From Octopus sinensis (taxonomy: Eukaryota), in NCBI RefSeq assembly GCF_006345805.1, contig NC_043009.1, positions 67,022,001 to 67,086,000 of the forward strand: a stretch of DNA of 64,000 bases, written 5' to 3'. The position numbers and the translations under genes were made by a program. Shown piece by piece: positions 52,601 to 64,000 of the stretch. Numbering within the stretch: position 1 is the first letter of the stretch; every line of letters starts with the position of its first letter. The notes beneath the pieces were generated by a model, which had not been told where the DNA came from, did no database searches, and saw only the letters and a program-made list of their open reading frames with translations.

Positions 52601-52691
52601 ATAGATATATAGATATACAAACAGACAGACAGACAGATAGATAGATAGACAGATAATAATAATAATAATAATAATAATATAATAATAATAA

Positions 52692-52729
<38 letters not shown>

Positions 52730-53282
52730 TAAAACCTGTGGTAAAGTATCGTTTTTGCTACGTCACCTGCTACTAATTCTGCTTTTTACACTTTCGATCT
52801 TATCCATTAATAATAAGTCGCTGCTACACGTAAAAAAAAAACGAGCCAACGTAAGAATCACTAGTTTAGGGATGGTGGGATACCCCATCGCTCACGGGTG
52901 GAATTTCGTTTGTATTCAAAATTGAAACAGTCTGTTGACGAAGTTCTATAAAAACCCAGATGAAAGAAGAAGAAAATATGATGTAGGAAGTAGACTTCAG
53001 CGAGAAAACTGAAAAACGGATGGTTTACAAAACTTGTTGTTTATCGGGGTAGATGGAGGATGACTTGACACTTTCGTAATCAGAAATGCAGTGAACCATT
53101 GAGTGGAATCGTTCGTCCGTTAGATTTAGGAACAATTTGTTGTGTAAGATAAAAGAAGTACCAGGTAGAGAAAAAGAATAAAACAAGTTTGAACCGGGTG
53201 GGGTGGGTGGAAACAGTTGTAGCGTGGGTAGAGGATGCGTGAGGAAAGTATAAGGTTTTACTACGTAATAACCGAGGTAGAG

Positions 53283-53348
<66 letters not shown>

Positions 53349-53986
53349 GTAGATAGATAGATAGATAGATAGATAGATACATAGACAGATAGAGAAAGAG
53401 AGAAGGTAGGAAAGGTGAAAAAGAAAGAGAGATGGTATAAGGAAGGAGAGAAGTTACAAAACTAATTAAAAGAAAAAAAAACTACGATGAGGGTGACGAG
53501 AAAGAAGGAAAGAAATACGAGGAGTTGTGAAGAGGTAGGGGGGGAGTGGAGAAAATAAGAATAGAAAAGAGTGGTCGGGGGAAGAGTGGAGTGTAGTGTG
53601 GTTTGTTTGAGAGTGAAGGTGAGTAAGGTAGTGTCTGAGTGTGAGTGTGAGTGAAGCGTTGAAATAAAAGGTTACGTTTTCAGCGAATTTAAGCGGTTGT
53701 AAGAATAGGTGAGACGGGTGGAGGACAGACGAAATGGAAACGGTCTGAGAGTTTGGTAAGAGGGAGTTGAGGTGGAATGGGAAAGAACCTTCGAAAAGGA
53801 ATGGATAAATGCAAAAACTAGAAGAGTTGCTGGGGAAAAAACAACAAAAAACCCCCAGAAAGATATATAAATAAAGTAAATGGTAGAAGGTTGAGGAAAG
53901 AGAAAATAAAAGCGATGAGCACCAAGGAATATCCATCTATTTACAGTTTTGGTGATGCAAACAGGAAAAACAGAACTCAAAAGGTC

Positions 53987-54048
<62 letters not shown>

Positions 54049-54220
54049 TGAAAACTCCACTAGAATGGACGAAAGCGCTAATATATGATGTATGATGTAT
54101 AAAAACATGTAATATACAAATAAATATCTGTAAATATAAAACCATCCGAATTTCTGAGTACCTCATTTCTTCTAATATAAAATACCTGTACATCATATCC
54201 AAACCTTCTAACATATATAT

Positions 54221-54317
<97 letters not shown>

Positions 54318-55063
54318 TGTATATACTTTATTTAAAAGCAACAGAAATTCAACAAAACCTGTTACTCGGAGTTTCACGTTCCCGTTCGTCGGACAAAAAC
54401 TCTACCCCTGGTATTTGAGTACTCTTTTTTCCACCTTATTTCACATTTATGTGTTTACTCCGGTATATATATATATATATATATATATACATACAGAGGG
54501 AGAAAGAGAGAGAGAGAAGGGGGCAGAAGCAACAGGGTGACTCAAGGGGCGAGAGTTTCATGCGTTTGCACTTAAACTTATCTATCGATCTATCTGGTGC
54601 GGGTGTTTATCCATGCGTATTCATGCGCGCACACAAAAAGAACAATGTAATAATATATATTGGTAGTGACTATTAGATTTATTGAAGTGGTGGTGGTGGT
54701 AGTAGTAGCAGCAGCAGTAATAGTTGAAGGGGAAGAAAAAAAGAATAGTAGCTTTAATGTTCAAATGTAACTACTACTATTACTACTGCTGCAACTGGTG
54801 ATGGTGGTGGTGGTGGTGGTGGTAGTGGTGTTGAGGTAGAAGTGATAAATTCATAGTTACATACAGACAGGTGACAGACAGAAGTGAGAGAGAGGGAGGG
54901 AGAGAGGGGGGAAGCGAGAGATGGGAGACGATTTGCGTTTTCACTCCATCACTTTTGGATACAGAAGCGCGAAAAGTATTGGAGGCGAAGTGTTGACGTT
55001 TTTGGATGAGGAAGGAAATAGGTAGATTGGATGGGTGGATATATAGGTAGACAGACACACAGG

Positions 55064-55142
<79 letters not shown>

Positions 55143-55157
55143 GTGGGTATATAGACC

Positions 55158-55206
<49 letters not shown>

Positions 55207-55214
55207 GTGGGTAT

Positions 55215-55294
<80 letters not shown>

Positions 55295-55297
55295 ATA

Positions 55298-56457
55298 TGT
55301 TTCTTTATTAGCCACCCAGAGCTGCACACAGGCGGGACAGATTACAAAGTAGAGCTTTTCTTTTTGGGGGAGAGAAAAAAAAAGTGGGGTAGGTTTTCGA
55401 TCAAAAGGGATCGTAAAAGGGAAAGAAGAAAAAAAAGAGAACAGAAAAAAAAAACGATCAATAGGGATCGTGTATCACAGAAATGTCATGATGTAAAGTG
55501 TAAAGGGGGAAGCAGATAAAGAAAAACCTACGGAAAAGACCACGGTAACCTCGGTCAATAATGTTACATGTTACCACATTTGTTTGCAAGTAGGTAACCC
55601 TCTGTTTTAAATTTTCCGGGTTCTTAGGATTATGCTCATGGTGGCTTCGTCATTCATACGTGCCATCCTTGCTACATTCACCCATGCTGTAGAGCTTATC
55701 CCGAACGGGTAGCGCTTCTCGGTAGCACTGTCAGGCCAGGGATCTCTGGAAGTTGTCCATGGGCCCTGGCCCGAAAGTCGTCCTGAACAGGCGGGTCAGG
55801 TATTCCTCGTCGACGTCCAGGTTCGCCCTGAGCTCGTCGTCGTACCTCCCCTCCACTAATGCTTTGGTTGTGTTGAAGTCAATCAAGGTCGACCCGGGAC
55901 GGCATAGTTGCTTGAGAGCAACGCGACACTCGCGGTGCCAAATGCCCTTCCTCGGCCTCATTTTGATCCACGACTGCAGTTCGGTCATGGAGACGAGTTG
56001 CGGGAAAGCGTGCCTCACAAACGGCGACCAAACCTGTTCACCGTTGTCTACGTAGAGCCTGAGATGTCGCAGTCTCAGCGCGTGTCTGCGCATCATCAAC
56101 CACGGCATGCCCAGTCCTCCTTTTAACGGGTGTTGACAGCAAATGGATCGCCTGACCATCGGGACGCATCCTTTCCACAAGAAGCGAATGAGAATGCGTT
56201 CTAGTTTGGTGATGGGAGGGACAAGGCACGACAGTCAGGCGGTAGTAGATGACGGAGGCGAGTTCGCCACCTCCGCCCGACCTTTTAGGGGCAGTTTCCT
56301 CTCGGCCCATTGCCGGGCGAGACTGACCACCCTACTCGTTATCTCGTTCCAGTTTTTCTCCATTTGGAAGTCCGGACCAAACCAGACCCCGAGCAATTCG
56401 ACCGGACCGTCGGTCCAGCGTCCCACGACGGAGGCGCTGGTGGACGGCATGGGCTTG
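55298..56457 (-). mobile_element. 5'-truncated, internally deleted Tx1/L1-clade LINE (ORF2 post-RT region and 3' UTR)
   Basis: VELLGVWFGPDFQMEKNW..KLPLKGRAEVAN and WKGCVPMVRRSICCQHPLKGGLGMP are typical L1/Tx1 motifs. Ends GCTAATAAAGAAACAT, then (TATC)n. Confidence 0.9.
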
Positions 56458-56470
56458 CTTATATATATAT

Positions 56471-57280
56471 GGAGTGGATGCGTGGCTTACCAACCACATG
56501 GTTCCCACTACGTGGCACCTTGGGCAAGTGTCTTCTGCTATAGCCTTGGGCCGACCAAAGTCTTGTGAGTGGATTTGGTTGACAGAAACTGAAAGAAGCC
56601 TGTCATATATACGTATATGTATATGTATATATATATATGTTTGTGTGTCTGTGTTTGTGCCCCCAACATCGTTTGACAACCGATGCTGGTGTGTTTACGT
56701 CCCCGTAACTTAGCGGCTTGGCAAAAAAGACCGATAAAATAAGTACTAGGCTTACAAAGAATAAGTCCTGGGGTCAATTTGCTCGACTAAAAGGCGGTGC
56801 TCCAGCATGGCCTCAGTCAAATGTCTGAAACAAGTAAAAGAGAGTAAAAGAGAATATATATATGAGTGGCTGTGTGGTAAGTAGCTTGCTAACCAACCAC
56901 ATGGTTCCGGGTTCAGTCCCACTGCGTGGCATCTTGGGCAAGTGTCTTCTGCTATAGCCTCGGGCCGACCAATGCCTTGTGAGTGGATTTGGTAGACGGA
57001 AACTGAAAGAAGCCCGTCGTATATATGTATATATATGTATATATATGTATGTGTGTGTGTTTGTGTGTCTGTGTTTGTTCCCCTAGCATTGCTTGACAAC
57101 TGATGCTGGTGTGTTTACGTCCCCGTCACTTAGCGGTTCGGCAAAAAGAGACCGATAGAATAAGTACTGGGCTTACAAAAAGAATAAGTCCCGGGGTCGA
57201 GTTGCTCGACTAAAAGGCGGTGCTCCAGCATGGCCGCAGTCAAATGACTGAAACAAGTAAAAGAGTAAAAGAGAAAAGAG
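56471..57280 (+). mobile_element. two head-to-tail SINE family A copies
   Basis: 56471-56852 and 56864-57280, each with family body and tail. Confidence 0.9.
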
Positions 57281-57342
<62 letters not shown>

Positions 57343-57357
57343 TATTTGTATTATATG

Positions 57358-57871
57358 TTGCTTGCTTGCTCAGGCTGGGGTCATGCCAGGTTAGTGGTCC
57401 CAGAGACGTCATCATGCGTAGAGCCGGCCAGGTCCATCAGTGCTTCCCCCACCACCACCACTGCCAGCGCCTCTACATCTTCCAAAGTGACGTCCAGCCT
57501 CTGGAAATCTTCCCTAATCGCGAACACTCATCTGGTTCGGAGCCTGCCACGAGGCCCCTTCCAACCCGCAGCGGTTACGTCAAGTGAGAGAATAAAGGCC
57601 TGGTAGGATGATCTTGCGGGAGACGGACGAAATGTCCGTAGCGGCGCAGGAGACGGTTAGCTGTGAGGTGGGAGGTTGTAAGCTGATACGTGCATGGACA
57701 CAGTTTTTTTTTTGTGAGAGACGTGATGGTACCATCTGATGTTCTCGATGGTTCTCAGGGCTCTGCTATCGCAGCCATCGATCCGCTTTGCCAGGGTCAT
57801 CGAGAGGGGTCACGTTTCTGTTACATAGAGCGAATTGGAGAGGCCCGATAGAGCAGTGGCGTCAAAGGGGC
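57358..57871 (-). mobile_element. RTE/RTEX-like LINE 3' end with (GCAA)n tail
   Basis: LAKRIDGCDSRALRTIENIRW, RLLRRYGHFVRLPQDHP and GWKGPRGRLRTR motifs; ends ctgagcaagcaagcaa. Confidence 0.8.
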
Positions 57872-57873
57872 TT

Positions 57874-58240
<367 letters not shown>

Positions 58241-58996
58241 CTGTCTCTACATACAGGCGTAAACACATACAAATGTATGTATGTATGCTTTACATTCACG
58301 GAAAGAAACAAGGATGAAGAGGAGAATGTTAAAGATAGTTATGGTATAAGGCATTAAAGATACTTCAGGAAAGTAGACATACAGACAGAAACTGGGGAAA
58401 AGAGAAAAATGAAGATAGCAAAACAAAGTAAGGGAGAAACATGACGAAGGGAAACCATTTGAGCTAAAAGAAAAAAAAGCAGACGACTTTGAGAGCCATT
58501 GGTAGAAATGATAAAGTTATGAGAGAGAGAGGGAGAGAGAGAGGGAGAGAGTGAGGGAGAGAGAGAGGGAGAGAGAGAGGGAGAGAGAGAGGGGGAGAGA
58601 GAAGCGAGAGAGAGGAAAAAGAGGGAGAGAGATAGAAAAGAGGTAGAGAGATAAGAGAGAGAGAGAAAAGAGAGGGAGATGGTAAAATGTTGAAGGATAA
58701 AAAGGCAGAGACGGAAAGGACTGCTAATAGGATCTAAAAGATGTAAACCTGTCTGTGGGTACCTATGTGGTGTGCGATTGTGTGTGTGTGTGTCTGCAGA
58801 CACGTGTTTGTATGTATACGGCAGTGTGTATGTGTGTGTGTGTTGTGTGTGTGTGTGTGTAAGGTTCGGTTTGAGGGCGAGATGAAACGAGTGAAATAGA
58901 TACATAAAGAGAGAGAGAGATAAACTCATAGATGGAAAAAGTATTAAAGTCTATATATAGAAAGAAAATCATTTACAGAGGAGCGGAAGCTGGGCG

Positions 58997-59050
<54 letters not shown>

Positions 59051-59433
59051 GGAGAGGGAGGGAGGTAGAGAGAGGGAGAAGGAGAGAGACAGAGAAGGAG
59101 TGAGAGAAAGGGGAAATGATAGTTACAGAGAGGAAGAAAAGTTGGGGGAGAAAAAAACTTTGTGAGGTCTGATAAACGGAGAACTATTTTAGGTACACAC
59201 ACTCAGACACTCCCATACATACGCACGCTCACGCTCGCACACATCCACACACACGCGCACGCACACATACACACCTGGTACCTGCTTCCTTTTTCTCTCT
59301 CTCTCTCTCTCTTTCTCTCTATATATTAAAAATGGGGAAGGCAGGTTTATGGGATTACCGTAGGTTTCCCGTCCATAAAGGATTTAGCTTTGTGGCGTAT
59401 CTTCAGATCTCAAAAACCTGTTGGCCCAAGACC

Positions 59434-59479
<46 letters not shown>

Positions 59480-59951
59480 AAGAGCTCCTTCGGTCGTGGA
59501 TGACCATGGCATTGCACCCAGAAAGTTACTCACCGAGGCACGAGTCTGGGCAAAGTTGTTTAAGGAAGACCAGCCTCCCCTCTTCATGTCACTGATGTTA
59601 TCCAAAGGAAAGGCAAAGGGGCCGATACAGCTTGGAACGAGTTACGTCACAATATATCATCGTTTTTTTTTCCGGGCCTTGTGCCAAGAGTAGAAAAGAT
59701 TATATCGTCGTTTTAGCGTCCACTTTTCCATGCTCGCATGGGTCAGATGGATCTCATTGAGGCAGATTTTCTACGTTCGGATGTCCTTCGTATCACCAAC
59801 CCTTGATTTCAAGCAAGATATTTCCCCATGGACAAACATGCTTCCACAGAATGTTACAAGTGAATGACGTTCACTTACAGCAAAAGACGATGACAGGTGG
59901 TGTAGACAACAAACAGATGTATTAATATAAAGCTCGGGAAATGAAAAAGTT

Positions 59952-59985
59952 TTTAACGTTTCGAGCCTACGCTCTTCTACAGAAA
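59952..59985 (-). ncRNA. minimal hammerhead-like motif, variant core, in a PLE-type repeat
   Basis: Minus: TTT-CTGTAGA-A-GAGC(GTAG)GCTC-GAAACGTT-AAA; core position 6 is U rather than A. Confidence 0.5.
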
Positions 59986-60398
59986 GGAACACAGAAAGAA
60001 GCAAGGAGAGAAAATAAAGAATGTGTAGTGGCTAGCGATCTATCATGGCGATCTAACAGTACTCTAAAGTAAAGATTATTTGCCAACATAATGTGAAAGT
60101 TCCGCTTGGGACGAATGTTACTGTTATTTAACCCCCTGTTCGAAAATATAAGGATACAGGTTGTGTGTCGTATAGCCAGCTGGAGACGATGTTTCCTGAT
60201 GCTAAATAATAATTTTTCTATGTATGTGTATATATATTTTTTTCCTCGGGTTTCTTGTGTGAAAAGTGTTCACCATAGCCCTTTGCCGATTCGTATTCGT
60301 TACCCATGTCTCGCATCCATATATAATGTGACCGCGTGTGTATCGTTGGCGATTTTTTTCCTCCGTCTTCCCTTCCTTGGATCTTTCCTTTACCTATG

Positions 60399-60431
60399 TT
60401 TCTGACGAAGAGCTCCGCTCGGAACGTTAAA
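60399..60431 (+). ncRNA. minimal hammerhead motif, one core substitution, in a PLE-type repeat
   Basis: TTT-CTGACGA-A-GAGC(TCC)GCTC-GGAACGTT-AAA; GGAA in place of GAAA. Confidence 0.55.
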
Positions 60432-60574
60432 TCCTCCTTCTTTCTTTCCTTTCCTGAGCGTCCAATAACACTATACTTGTTCTACGTCCTCGCGTTGTTG
60501 TGTTTTTGTGTTTTCATGTTTGGATTAACTTTATATACCGCACGTTCACACGGACCTCGGCCTTCTGACTGACT

Positions 60575-63112
<2,538 letters not shown>

Positions 63113-63339
63113 TTCCTCAGGTTTCTTGTGTGAAAAACGTTCACCCTGGCCCTTTGCCGATTCGTATTCGTTACCCATGTCTCGCATCCATATGTAAAAA
63201 TCGGAAGACAGAGAGTTTTGTACATCTTTATCCTCGCTGTTGGGTTGTCAGACGATCAGAGGTGTTAAAGCTGCGACATTACTCCACATGCTACTCTCCT
63301 TCTGTTTATAATGTCTCTTTGAGCTGTGAGAGAGATCAG

Positions 63340-63500
63340 TAACAATTGATCTAAGGTAAATGAATTTATCAACCCTGGGTAGCTGCTTTCCATTTGCCAG
63401 GACGCCTGTTGCTTCGTCTGTGTTTATATTAATGGTGGTGTAGTCTGTCTTCGATTCGTTTATTTCTAGCCTCACGGTCTTTGCTTCTTGCATGACACGT
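63340..63500 (-). mobile_element. LINE reverse-transcriptase fragment
   Basis: AKTVRLEINESKTDY...NGKQLPRVDKFIYLRS matches the GL.IN..KT...V..F.YLGS motif of non-LTR RTs. Confidence 0.65.
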
Positions 63501-64000
63501 CCTCTCCAAGTAGTCCTAGTCCTGTGCTTCTACGAGGCTAGGAGCAGACAGTCCTACTTATATGATTCTGATATGCGAATTCCATCCTCCGTACCGGTTG
63601 CAGCTTTCATCACATGATCTACCACCACCTAAACTAGATAAAGTGCTAAGGGATATATACACACAAACACACACATATATACATACATACATACACACAC
63701 GCATACCCACATACACACGCATACACACAGACGCACACATACACAGAGTTGATGTATAGATATCAAAAGTAAATCCATGATAAATTAAGCTAATCTAAAT
63801 TTAATCAATTATGTATCACAATTATGTAATTATACATTTAATAAGTATTATCTTAATGAAACAGCTGTCGAGCACAGTTTACATATGGACTGTATGTGAG
63901 ATTTCTACTTTACTCCTCCCATGTTATAGTTGTGCGTGTATGTATGTTTTACATACACACACATGCATATGTATGTGTGTATAAATAGATTCCTCTGATT

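Noticed and set aside
13616-57280. tRNA genes
   Set aside because: All A/B-box tRNA-like sequences run on into SINE bodies and lack a complete cloverleaf that I can support.
55298-57871. One large LINE interrupted by two SINEs
   Set aside because: The 57.4-57.9-kb piece is an RTE-like 3' end with its own (GCAA)n tail, so it is separate from the Tx1-like element.

Overview
Eukaryotic, AT-rich, repeat-dominated DNA. The microsatellite load and SINE families look like an Octopus genome (my inference, not a database result). The only recognisable host gene is a SUMO2/3(Smt3)-like gene on the minus strand: promoter ~9.0-9.1 kb, coding exon 1 (MPDDKK, 8928-8945), a 7.1-kb intron and coding exon 2 (1698-1829). 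Exons 3-4 were not found and presumably lie left of the window. The rest is a transposon graveyard: several tRNA-derived SINE families, Tx1/L1-like, RTE/BovB-like and Penelope-like retroelements, a Gypsy pol remnant, mariner, hAT, piggyBac-MITE and Helitron remnants, fold-back hairpins and recent local duplications. The most interesting signals are (1) a tRNA-headed SINE carrying a Penelope-type minimal hammerhead ribozyme motif, plus two more minimal hammerhead motifs near 60 kb; (2) a SINE whose last 42 nt match the 3' end of a Tx1/L1-like LINE in the same window, a LINE that lacks poly(A) and abuts (TATC)n; and (3) a near-perfect 92-bp-arm hairpin. Almost all ORFs in the supplied track are microsatellite or antisense noise. 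TE boundaries are read by eye and are approximate unless a TSD or TIR is quoted. SINE family labels A-D are my own.
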